Assembly: GCF_001457615.1 (NCBI RefSeq)
Contig: NZ_LN831024.1
Coordinates: 1,800,001-1,832,000, forward strand
Direction of reading: 5' to 3'
DNA from: Pseudomonas aeruginosa
GTDB lineage: Bacteria > Pseudomonadota > Gammaproteobacteria > Pseudomonadales > Pseudomonadaceae
DNA length: 32,000 bases
The position numbers and the translations under genes were made by a program. Below, one piece after another: positions 16,252-24,309 of the stretch. The notes under the pieces were generated by a model. That model did no database searches. It saw nothing but the letters and a program-made list of their open reading frames with translations, and was not told the origin of the DNA. How positions within the stretch are numbered: position 1 is the first letter of the stretch; each line of letters starts with the position of its first letter.

Positions 16252-16392
16252 TTCTCCAGCAGGGGCAATCCCTGAGTTCAGGCAAAGGGACGGGAAATTT
16301 TTTTTGACTCCGCTGTAACGCCGCCAGGGGTGCTCCGTCCATTGGAGCGAGGACGCCATACCGGCGCCCGCTACCAACTTCAGGAGTTACCC

Positions 16393-16707
16393 ATGAAAAA
16401 GATTTCCCTCGCTTCTTCCGTCGTCGGCGCTGCTCTGCTCGGCGTAGCCAGTGTCGGCGCGCATGCCGCGCAGAATCCCTTCGCCGTGCAGGAGCTGAGC
16501 AGCGGCTACAGCGTGGCTGCCGCCGAGAAAGCCAAGGAAGGTTCCTGCGGCGAGGCCAAGTGCGGTGCCGACAAGGGCAAGCGCGAAGCCTCCAAGGCAG
16601 GTCATGAAGGCAGCTGCGGTGCGGATCGCAAGGCCAAGGAAGGTTCCTGCGGTGGCGAGAAGAAGGCCGGCGAAGGCAACTGCGGCGCCGACAAGAAGAA
16701 GTCGTAA
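16393..16707 (+). CDS. Secreted Cys-repeat RiPP precursor candidate (HvfA/bufferin-like metallophore precursor)
   Basis: ATG 16393 is preceded by AGGAG (16382-16386). The protein is 104 aa with Sec signal MKKISLASSVVGAALLGVASVGAHA|AQ. The C-terminal half carries five CG motifs (EGSCG, EAKCG, EGSCG, EGSCG, EGNCG) in a Lys/Glu/Gly-rich sequence. It lies immediately upstream of a DUF692 gene. Confidence 0.8.
   Translation: MKKISLASSVVGAALLGVASVGAHAAQNPFAVQELSSGYSVAAAEKAKEGSCGEAKCGADKGKREASKAGHEGSCGADRKAKEGSCGGEKKAGEGNCGADKKKS
16531..16652 (+). repeat. Internal 20-bp perfect direct repeat inside the precursor core
   Basis: GCCAAGGAAGGTTCCTGCGG occurs at 16531-16550 and again at 16633-16652. It encodes AKEGSCG both times. 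Confidence 0.9.
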
Positions 16708-16725
16708 GGCCTGAGGAGACGGACC

Positions 16726-17580
16726 ATGCAACGGGAATTCGTCAGCGGCGCCGGGCTAGGCCTGCGTCGCGCGCTGCTGGAGCCGCTCGGCGCCGGCGAT
16801 GAGGTCCGGGTCGACTTCCTCGAGGTCGCCCCGGAGAACTGGATCGGCATCGGCGGCCGTCTCGGCCGCCAGTTCCGCGAGCTGACCGAGCGCCTGCCGT
16901 TCCTCTGCCATGGTCTGTCTCTCAACCTCGGCGGCTACGCCCCGCTGGACATGTCGTTGCTGCGCGCGATCAAGGGTTTCATCGAGCAGCATGACATCCG
17001 TGCCTACAGCGAGCACCTGTCGGCCTGCGCCGACGACGGCCAGCTCTACGACCTGATGCCGCTACCGTTCAGCGACGAATCGGTGCGCCGGGTCGCCGAA
17101 CGGGTCCGGGTGGTACAGGACGTCCTCGAGCGGCCGTTGATCGTCGAGAACGTCTCGGCGTATGCGCGCTTGCCGGGCGAGCTGGAAGAGGTCGATTTCG
17201 TCCGCGCGGTACTGGAGGAAGCCGATTGCCAATTGCTGCTGGACGTCAACAACGTCTACGTCAACGCCTGCAACTTCGGTTTCGACGCACACGCCTACAT
17301 CGCCGCGATGCCCAGCCGGAGGATCGCCTACCTGCACATGGCCGGGCACGACGAACAGGGCGCCAGCCTGAAGATCGACACCCATGGCGCGCCGGTCTGC
17401 GATCCGGTCTGGGAACTGCTGGCACATGCCTATGCCTGCCATGGCGAACGCCCGACGCTGCTGGAGCGCGATTTCAACCTCCCGCCACTGAGCGAGCTGT
17501 ATGCCGAAACCGATCGCATCCGCGAGCTGCAGCGGCGCAGCGGTGAAGCGCAACTGCGCAGCCTGGGGTACGGCACATGA
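16726..17580 (+). CDS. DUF692 / MNIO (multinuclear non-heme iron oxidase) family enzyme, MbnB/BufB/HvfB-like
   Basis: 284 aa with the family-typical blocks GLGLRR, FLEVAPENW, CHGLSLNLGG, YSEHLS, IVENVSAY, LLLDVNNVYVNACN, YLHMAGH, IDTHGAPV and PTLLERDFNLP. Confidence 0.88.
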   Translation: MQREFVSGAGLGLRRALLEPLGAGDEVRVDFLEVAPENWIGIGGRLGRQFRELTERLPFLCHGLSLNLGGYAPLDMSLLRAIKGFIEQHDIRAYSEHLSACADDGQLYDLMPLPFSDESVRRVAERVRVVQDVLERPLIVENVSAYARLPGELEEVDFVRAVLEEADCQLLLDVNNVYVNACNFGFDAHAYIAAMPSRRIAYLHMAGHDEQGASLKIDTHGAPVCDPVWELLAHAYACHGERPTLLERDFNLPPLSELYAETDRIRELQRRSGEAQLRSLGYGT

Positions 17581-18311
17581 ACCACACGACCTTGCAACGG
17601 CGTTTCGCCGCACGTATCCGCGATCCGCAGCAGGCCTTGCCGCCCGGCATCGCGACGGAGCGCATGGCGATCTACGAGGAACTGTTCTTCAACAACCTGG
17701 ACGGTTTCATCAGTAGCGGTTTCCCGGTCCTGCGCCAGTTGTTCGACGAGCCGCGCTGGCATCGCCTGGTGCGTGCCTTCATGCGCGAGCATCGCTGCCG
17801 CACACCGTACTTCAGCCAATTGGGCGAGGAGTTCATCGGCTGGCTGCAGGACGGCTACCGTGCGGAGGAGGGCGATCCGCCCTTCCTGCTGGAGCTGGCT
17901 CACTACGAGTGGGTCGAGCTGGCCCTGTCGCTGGCCGAGGCGCCTGTCGAGACGCTGCCGCAGGCCTGGTCGTGGTCGCCACTGGCCTGGCCGCTGGCCT
18001 ATCGCTGGCCGGTCCATCGCCTGGGGCCGAGCCATCGGCCGATGGAGCCGCCGGCCGAGCCGACCTGCCTGCTGGTCTGGCGCGATCCGGCGGAGCGGGT
18101 GCGCTTCCTGCACCTGTCGCCATTCGCCTATCGCCTCGCGCAGCGCCTGAGCGAGGAGGGCGAGGCGCCGGTGGCGCTGCTGCCGTTGTTGCGCGAGTTG
18201 GCCGGAAGCTGCGGCCTGAGCGCCGACGTGGAGTATTTCGAAAATGCCTTCGCCTTGCTGGAGGACTGGCACGCCCAGGGCATCCTCATGGGCGAGGGCG
18301 CTCTGGAGTGA
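17577..18311 (+). CDS. DUF2063 protein, MNIO partner (BufC/HvfC/MbnC-analogous)
   Basis: 244 aa. Its ATG overlaps the DUF692 stop (ATGA at 17577-17580). The N-terminal LQRRFAARIRDP...ERMAIYEELFFNNLDGFISSGFPVLRQL segment is typical of DUF2063. Confidence 0.8.
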   Translation: MNHTTLQRRFAARIRDPQQALPPGIATERMAIYEELFFNNLDGFISSGFPVLRQLFDEPRWHRLVRAFMREHRCRTPYFSQLGEEFIGWLQDGYRAEEGDPPFLLELAHYEWVELALSLAEAPVETLPQAWSWSPLAWPLAYRWPVHRLGPSHRPMEPPAEPTCLLVWRDPAERVRFLHLSPFAYRLAQRLSEEGEAPVALLPLLRELAGSCGLSADVEYFENAFALLEDWHAQGILMGEGALE

Positions 18312-18904
18312 TGATGAAGACTGTCTTCCTGCGTTTACAGCATGCCCTCGACGTCACCCGTCGAGCGGATTTCCTCGCCCCGCTGGCGCTGCGCCTGTAC
18401 CTGGCGCCGGTGTTCTGGATGGCCGGCAGCCAGAAGCTGGCGGACATGCCGGCCACCATCGAGTGGTTCGGCAATCCCGACTGGGGACTCGGCCTGCCGT
18501 TTCCCGAACTGCTGGCCTGGCTCGCCGCGCTGAGCGAGGCCGGTGGCGCCGTGTTGCTGTTGTGCGGCCTGGCCGTGCGCTGGATCAGCCTGCCGCTGAT
18601 GGTGACCATGCTGGTAGCGATCTTCGCCGTGCACTGGCCGAACGGCTGGCAGGCGATCGCCGATCCGTCCGCGCCGTTCGCCAACGCCCAGGTGCTGGAG
18701 GCTGGCGAGAAGCTGGCGCGAGCCCGGGAAATCCTGCGCGAATACGGCAACTACGACTGGCTGACGTCGAGCGGAAGCTTCGCCATCGTCAACAACGGCA
18801 TCGAGTTCGCCGCGACCTACCTGGTGATGTTGCTCGCGCTGTTCTTCGGCGGCGCCGGCAAGTGGCTTTCTGCTGACTTCTGGATTGCTCGAAAATTGCG
18901 CTGA
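18311..18904 (+). CDS. DoxX-family integral membrane protein
   Basis: 197 aa from ATG 18311, which shares its A with the upstream TGA. It has several hydrophobic helices (LALRLYLAPVFWMAGSQKL, LAWLAALSEAGGAVLLLCGLAV, LPLMVTMLVAIFAVHW). The long 5' extension of the tracked ORF overlaps the DUF2063 gene and is rejected. Confidence 0.8.
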   Translation: MMKTVFLRLQHALDVTRRADFLAPLALRLYLAPVFWMAGSQKLADMPATIEWFGNPDWGLGLPFPELLAWLAALSEAGGAVLLLCGLAVRWISLPLMVTMLVAIFAVHWPNGWQAIADPSAPFANAQVLEAGEKLARAREILREYGNYDWLTSSGSFAIVNNGIEFAATYLVMLLALFFGGAGKWLSADFWIARKLR

Positions 18905-18930
18905 GATTTCTACCCATATCGAATAACCCG

Positions 18931-18960
18931 AAAGGCCCGTAGTAGAGGGCTTTTCGCTTT
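18931..18960 (+). terminator. Intrinsic terminator after the DoxX gene
   Basis: Stem AAAGGCCC (18931-18938) / GGGCTTTT (18947-18954) with an 8-nt loop and a T-rich tail. Confidence 0.6.
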
Positions 18961-18986
18961 ATTCGCATTGGAGATAAAAAGTTCCT

Positions 18987-19004
18987 CTGTAATGAAACAT
19001 TTAT
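18987..19004 (+). promoter_or_regulatory. Pho-box-like site upstream of oprO
   Basis: CTGTAAT-GAAA-CATTTAT (7+4+7 layout) lies ~150 bp upstream of ATG 19151. Confidence 0.45.
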
Positions 19005-19150
19005 CTCCATGCAATTTGGCTGCAATCTGCCATCGCCAAGATTCCCCCCAACACAAAGGGGCCGCCTTACGGCCAGCGCGGAACAAGGGGCGCGCTGTAG
19101 CCAGGCACTCGCGTGTTGCCAATGCACACACCATTAAGGGGAAATCTTCG

Positions 19151-20467
19151 ATGATCCGTAAGCACTCGCTCGGCTTCGTTGCCAGCGCTCTGGCTCTGGC
19201 CGTATCTGCCCAGGCGTTCGCCGGCACCGTGACCACCGACGGCGCCGATATCGTGATCAAGACCAAGGGCGGCCTCGAAGTCGCCACCACCGACAAGGAA
19301 TTCAGCTTCAAGCTGGGCGGTCGCCTGCAGGCCGACTACAGCCGTTTCGACGGTTTCTATACCAAGAATGGCAACACCGCCGACGCCGCCTACTTCCGCC
19401 GCGCCTTCATCGAACTCGGCGGAACCGCATACAAGGACTGGAAATACCAGATCAACTTCGACCTGTCGCACAACACCGGCAGCTCCGACAACGGCTATTT
19501 CGACGAAGCTTCGGTCACCTACACCGGCTTCAACCCGGTCAACCTGAAGTTCGGTCGCTTCGACCCCGACTTCGGCCTGGAAAAGGCCACCAGCTCCAAG
19601 TGGGTGACCGCTCCCGAGCGTAACGCCGCCTACGAACTGGCCGACTGGATCAACACCCACCAGGACGGCATGGGCGCCCAGGTCAACTCGACCCTCGCCG
19701 ACATGGCCTACCTGTCCGCCGGCGTATCCGCCAAGGACGCCGACGACAGCGACGGCGACAGCGTCAAGCAGTTCAACTTCCGCGGCGTGTTCGCGCCGAT
19801 GCACGAAGCCGGCAATGTTCTGCATGTCGGCGTGAACTATGCCTACCGCGACCTCGACGACACCGCCTTCGACTCGCGCATCCGTCCGCGCCTGGGCATG
19901 CGCGGCATCGCCACCAGCGGCGGCAACGACGCCGGTGACAACGGCAACCGCGCGACCTTCGGCGGTGTCTCCAACTCGCCGGCCGGTTCCTACAAGGACG
20001 ATAGCGTCTGGGGCCTGGAAGGCGCCTGGGCGATGGGCCCGTTCTCGGCCCAGGCCGAATACCTGGCACGCAAGCTGAAGGCCGATGACAACGCCTACAA
20101 GGACATCAAGGCCAAGGGTTACTACGCGCAACTGGCCTACACCCTGACCGGCGAGTCCCGCCAGTACAAGCTGGAAGGTGCCAAGTTCGACTCCGTCAAG
20201 CCGGAAAACAAGGAAATCGGCGCCTGGGAAGTGTTCTACCGCTACGACAACATCAAGGTGGAAGACGACAACGTGGTCGCCGATACCGCCACTCGCGAAG
20301 TCGGCGACACCAAGGCCAAGGCCCACAACCTGGGCGTGAACTGGTACGTCAACGATGCGGTGAAGATCAGCGCGGCCTACGTCAAGGCGAAGACCGACAA
20401 GATCACCAACAACAATGGCGACGATGACGGCGACGGCTTCGTGACCCGTTTGCAGTACGTGTTCTAA
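19151..20467 (+). CDS. oprO: Pyrophosphate/polyphosphate-selective outer-membrane porin OprO
   Basis: 438 aa. Signal peptide [24 protein letters not shown], then [39 protein letters not shown] and a C-terminal ...LQYVF. It is a tandem paralog of the next gene and was recognised as P. aeruginosa OprO. Confidence 0.9.
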   Translation: MIRKHSLGFVASALALAVSAQAFAGTVTTDGADIVIKTKGGLEVATTDKEFSFKLGGRLQADYSRFDGFYTKNGNTADAAYFRRAFIELGGTAYKDWKYQINFDLSHNTGSSDNGYFDEASVTYTGFNPVNLKFGRFDPDFGLEKATSSKWVTAPERNAAYELADWINTHQDGMGAQVNSTLADMAYLSAGVSAKDADDSDGDSVKQFNFRGVFAPMHEAGNVLHVGVNYAYRDLDDTAFDSRIRPRLGMRGIATSGGNDAGDNGNRATFGGVSNSPAGSYKDDSVWGLEGAWAMGPFSAQAEYLARKLKADDNAYKDIKAKGYYAQLAYTLTGESRQYKLEGAKFDSVKPENKEIGAWEVFYRYDNIKVEDDNVVADTATREVGDTKAKAHNLGVNWYVNDAVKISAAYVKAKTDKITNNNGDDDGDGFVTRLQYVF

Positions 20468-20497
20468 GAAGCGACAACGATCTGCTCCTGTTTTCGG

Positions 20498-20520
20498 CCT
20501 CGCTCCGGCGAGGTCTTTTT
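20498..20520 (+). terminator. Intrinsic terminator after oprO
   Basis: Stem CCTCGC / GCGAGG with loop TCCG, followed by TCTTTTT. Confidence 0.65.
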
Positions 20521-20782
20521 AATCGCTTCCTTACCCGGTTGTGGCGATGTTGGCAGCCTGCAACCGGGTCTTTCTTTCGTTACAGGTCTACCCGCAGGTA
20601 CTGGCAGGAATATCCGAAAGCCAGACGGTTATCGGCAGAAACTCTTGGTTTTCATTGCAGTCATGCAATCTTCGCAAGGTTGCCGCAATATATGAAACAA
20701 ACTGTTACATCTGTCGCCCGGACCTGATGCCTCTAGGCCTGCGCCCTTATCCGACGGCCTCATCCAGGCGCTATCCGGCTGC

Positions 20783-20830
20783 CTGTCACAAAAGCTTTCG
20801 CGCTTTGCAGTCTCGCTGTCACAACCCATC
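20783..20830 (+). promoter_or_regulatory. Pho-box region upstream of oprP
   Basis: Two CTGTCAC heptamers at 20783-20789 and 20816-20822, 33 bp (3 x 11) apart. The first lies in the context CTGTCAC-AAAA-GCTTTCG. They sit 104-143 bp upstream of ATG 20926. Confidence 0.55.
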
Positions 20831-20925
20831 CAGATGATCCCCCTCCAGCAGCGCCGGCCGGCGACAGAACCGGCCGTTTCCGCGCTGCTCAAGACCATTC
20901 GAAATCCGAACAGGGGACTTACCTG

Positions 20926-22248
20926 ATGATTCGCAGACACTCGTGCAAAGGGGTGGGGAGCAGTGTTGCCTGGAGTTTGCTGGGCCTGGCGATTTCCGCG
21001 CAGAGCCTGGCCGGGACCGTGACCACCGACGGTGCCGACATCGTGATCAAGACCAAGGGCGGCCTCGAAGTCGCCACCACCGACAAGGAATTCAGCTTCA
21101 AGCTCGGCGGCCGCCTGCAGGCCGACTACGGCCGCTTCGACGGCTACTACACGAACAACGGCAATACCGCCGATGCCGCCTACTTCCGCCGCGCCTACCT
21201 GGAGTTCGGCGGCACCGTCTACCGGGACTGGAAGTACCAGATCAACTACGACCTGTCGCGCAACGTCGGCAACGACAGCGCCGGCTACTTTGACGAAGCT
21301 TCGGTCACCTATACCGGCTTCAACCCGGTCAACCTGAAGTTCGGCCGCTTCTACACCGACTTCGGCCTGGAAAAGGCCACCAGCTCCAAATGGGTCACCG
21401 CGCTGGAGCGCAACCTCACCTACGACATCGCCGACTGGGTCAACGACAACGTCGGTACCGGTATCCAGGCCAGCTCGGTGGTGGGCGGCATGGCTTTCCT
21501 CTCGGGCAGCGTGTTCAGCGAGAACAACAACGATACCGACGGCGACAGCGTCAAGCGCTACAACCTGCGCGGCGTGTTCGCGCCGCTGCACGAGCCGGGC
21601 AACGTGGTGCACCTGGGCCTGCAATACGCCTATCGCGACCTGGAGGACAGCGCGGTGGATACCCGGATCCGCCCGCGCATGGGCATGCGCGGCGTCTCCA
21701 CCAATGGCGGCAACGATGCCGGCAGCAATGGCAACCGCGGTCTGTTCGGCGGCAGTTCGGCAGTCGAGGGGCTGTGGAAGGACGACTCGGTCTGGGGCCT
21801 GGAAGGCGCCTGGGCGCTGGGTGCCTTCTCGGCCCAGGCCGAGTACCTGCGGCGCACGGTCAAGGCCGAGCGCGACCGCGAGGATCTCAAGGCCTCCGGC
21901 TATTACGCGCAACTGGCCTACACCCTCACCGGCGAGCCGCGCCTCTACAAGCTGGACGGCGCCAAGTTCGACACCATCAAGCCGGAGAACAAGGAAATCG
22001 GCGCCTGGGAGCTGTTCTACCGCTACGACTCGATCAAGGTCGAGGATGACAACATCGTCGTCGACAGCGCCACCCGCGAGGTCGGCGACGCCAAGGGCAA
22101 GACCCATACCCTGGGCGTCAACTGGTACGCCAACGAGGCGGTGAAGGTTTCCGCCAACTACGTCAAGGCGAAGACCGACAAGATCAGCAATGCCAACGGC
22201 GACGATAGCGGCGATGGCCTGGTGATGCGCCTGCAGTACGTGTTCTGA
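20926..22248 (+). CDS. oprP: Phosphate-selective outer-membrane porin OprP
   Basis: 440 aa. [42 protein letters not shown]... was recognised as P. aeruginosa OprP. It ends ...MRLQYVF. Confidence 0.93.
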   Translation: MIRRHSCKGVGSSVAWSLLGLAISAQSLAGTVTTDGADIVIKTKGGLEVATTDKEFSFKLGGRLQADYGRFDGYYTNNGNTADAAYFRRAYLEFGGTVYRDWKYQINYDLSRNVGNDSAGYFDEASVTYTGFNPVNLKFGRFYTDFGLEKATSSKWVTALERNLTYDIADWVNDNVGTGIQASSVVGGMAFLSGSVFSENNNDTDGDSVKRYNLRGVFAPLHEPGNVVHLGLQYAYRDLEDSAVDTRIRPRMGMRGVSTNGGNDAGSNGNRGLFGGSSAVEGLWKDDSVWGLEGAWALGAFSAQAEYLRRTVKAERDREDLKASGYYAQLAYTLTGEPRLYKLDGAKFDTIKPENKEIGAWELFYRYDSIKVEDDNIVVDSATREVGDAKGKTHTLGVNWYANEAVKVSANYVKAKTDKISNANGDDSGDGLVMRLQYVF

Positions 22249-22416
22249 GGCGCTCGGGCCCCGTCCGGCGGGCGGGGCTCGTTTCCGCAGGATGTTACCC
22301 GCGTCATGAAATTGCCTGGTGGATGTCCGGGCGGGCCGCCCAGCTTGACCCAGGGCACAGATCGCATGGCGGCATCTGGCTATGCTGGTCCCTCGGAAAC
22401 GCTCTGGGAGGGACTG

Positions 22417-22716
22417 ATGATCGGCTGGGGACGTGTCTGTATTGGCGTCGGGGGGCTGCTGTTGCTGGGCCAGTTGCTGGGGGGCGCCCTGCTGCTCGCG
22501 GACGACGGCGAAGCGACGCTGGCGGTCGAACACTTCTGGCAATTCGTCTTCCTGATCCCGGCGATCCTGGTGGCACTGGGAATGTTCGTCCTGCAGCATC
22601 ACGTGGGTTCCTTCGCCCAGTTGTACCGCCGGCGTCTCGATGGCGCCTCCTACCTGCTGGTTTCCTGCGGCATCGCCCTGGTCCTGGGCAAGCTCTGCGT
22701 CCTGCTGCTCGCCTGA
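22417..22716 (+). CDS. Small integral membrane protein, unknown function
   Basis: ATG 22417 is preceded by GGGAGGGA. The protein is 99 aa with 3 predicted hydrophobic helices. The upstream 37 codons of the tracked ORF lack RBS support. Confidence 0.6.
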   Translation: MIGWGRVCIGVGGLLLLGQLLGGALLLADDGEATLAVEHFWQFVFLIPAILVALGMFVLQHHVGSFAQLYRRRLDGASYLLVSCGIALVLGKLCVLLLA

Positions 22717-22841
22717 GCCCCTCGCGCGGCCCGGCATGTCCGGGTTTGCCCGAGGCATTCAGCTTCCTGATTTAGCCGGAGGGCGCTGAAACCCTTGGTT
22801 ACACTGGCCTTCATCACACGAACAGGAAGGCAGGACCCCCT

Positions 22842-23654
22842 ATGCAAAACCGCATGATGATCACCGGTGCCGGCTCCGGGCTGGGGCGCGAAATCGCCCT
22901 GCGCTGGGCGCGTGACGGCTGGCGCCTGGCGCTGGCCGACGTCAACGAGGCCGGCCTGGCGGAAAGCCTGAAACTGGTGCGCGAGGCGGGTGGCGATGGC
23001 TTCACCCAGCGTTGCGACGTACGCGACTACAGTCAACTGACCGCGCTGGCGCAGAGCTGCGAGGAGAAGTTCGGCGGCATCGACGTCATCGTCAACAACG
23101 CCGGGGTGGCCTCCGGCGGCTTCTTCGGCGAGTTGTCCCTGGAGGACTGGGACTGGCAGATCGCGATCAACCTGATGGGCGTGGTCAAGGGCTGCAAGGC
23201 CTTCCTGCCGTTGCTGGAGCGAAGCAAGGGCAAGATCGTCAACATCGCCTCGATGGCGGCGTTGATGCAGGGCCCGGCGATGAGCAACTACAACGTGGCC
23301 AAGGCCGGGGTGGTGGCGCTTTCGGAAAGCCTGCTGGTAGAGCTGGCGCTGGTCGAGGTCGGCGTCCATGTGGTCTGCCCTTCGTTCTTCCAGACCAACC
23401 TGCTGGACTCTTTCCGCGGCCCGAGCCCCGAGATGAAGCACCAGGTCGGCAAGTTGCTGGAGAGTTCGCCGATCAGCGCCGCCGACATCGCCGACTACAT
23501 CCACGCCGAAGTGGCCAAGGGCAGTTTCCTGATCCTGCCCCACGAGCAGGCGCGGATGGCCTGGAGGATCAAGCAGCAGAATCCCCAGGCGATCTATGAC
23601 GAGATGACCGCGATGGCCGGCAAGATGCAGGCCAAGCGTCAGCGCCAGGCCTGA
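22842..23654 (+). CDS. Short-chain dehydrogenase/reductase (SDR)
   Basis: 270 aa with the TGxxxGxG motif ITGAGSGLG, the NNAG motif and the catalytic YNVAK (YxxxK). Confidence 0.88.
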   Translation: MQNRMMITGAGSGLGREIALRWARDGWRLALADVNEAGLAESLKLVREAGGDGFTQRCDVRDYSQLTALAQSCEEKFGGIDVIVNNAGVASGGFFGELSLEDWDWQIAINLMGVVKGCKAFLPLLERSKGKIVNIASMAALMQGPAMSNYNVAKAGVVALSESLLVELALVEVGVHVVCPSFFQTNLLDSFRGPSPEMKHQVGKLLESSPISAADIADYIHAEVAKGSFLILPHEQARMAWRIKQQNPQAIYDEMTAMAGKMQAKRQRQA

Positions 23655-23790
23655 GTGGAAATGGCTGCAGGCCAGCAGGGGCGCGGCTTTGCACCATTGC
23701 GGTGCGGCGCAGATAGTGCTTGCCCAAGGCGGTGCGATCGAGTAGCTTGAGTCACCGGCCTGCCTGCCGAAGTACGTTGGACCCCACAAG

Positions 23791-23817
23791 AAGCCTCGCT
23801 CATTTGCGAGGCTTTTT
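23791..23817 (+). terminator. Strong intrinsic terminator 137 nt downstream of the SDR stop
   Basis: 9-bp stem AAGCCTCGC (23791-23799) / GCGAGGCTT (23806-23814), loop TCATTT, T-rich tail TTTTGCTTTT. Confidence 0.75.
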
Positions 23818-23886
23818 GCTTTTCCGCCCTCGCGCCCTGTGCTAGAAGGCTGCCTCTGCGAGTCCGTTCTGTTCTGGAGTACCCCT

Positions 23887-24309
23887 GTGGAGTCTGAATC
23901 CATCGTCTATGGCTGCATCCGCGACTGGCCGGGCGATTCGATGGAGCGGCGCATGCGTCGTGCCGCCAACCGCCGCGTGCTGGACAGCCTGCCGGGCGGC
24001 GAGGCCTGGCCGTTCCTCGGACGCGAGATGTTCAGCCGCTGCGAGCAGTCCGGGGCCGGGCTCTACCAGACCCAGATCATCCACTTCGGTGCCAGCTACC
24101 AGGCCATCGAATACGAGTGGAGCCTGTGGGTCGAGCAGTTCGAGGCGTTGCTCAGGCGCCTCTACTGGGCCAGCGCGGTGGTCCACCTGGAGACCGAAGT
24201 GAACGGCAGCCATACCTTTCGCTGGGAGTCCGAGCGTGGCTTCCATACCCCCCAGGAGAGCGACCTGCAGGTCCGCTGCGCCTGGGAGCGGGAGGGCGGG
24301 CGGCGGTGA
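23887..24309 (+). CDS. Hypothetical protein
   Basis: The open frame has GC-rich codon usage. I prefer GTG 23887 (GGAG 9 nt upstream) over GTG 23839. Its stop overlaps the next gene's GTG (GTGA at 24306-24309). No recognisable motif. Confidence 0.5.
   Translation: MESESIVYGCIRDWPGDSMERRMRRAANRRVLDSLPGGEAWPFLGREMFSRCEQSGAGLYQTQIIHFGASYQAIEYEWSLWVEQFEALLRRLYWASAVVHLETEVNGSHTFRWESERGFHTPQESDLQVRCAWEREGGRR

Noticed and set aside
16061-16318. 85-aa ORF inside the leader region upstream of the RiPP precursor.
   Set aside because: It has no RBS and an atypical composition. Its internal 'repeat' (WAWRISLRDM / GTWRISPTDIS) is simply the translation of the twin DNA palindromes. I interpret the region as regulatory DNA.
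18910-19311. Minus-strand ORFs 18910-19311 and 20919-21101, which share the peptide [20 protein letters not shown].
   Set aside because: The similarity is a mirror image of the identical oprO/oprP 5' tract on the plus strand. They are antisense shadows, not a conserved gene pair.
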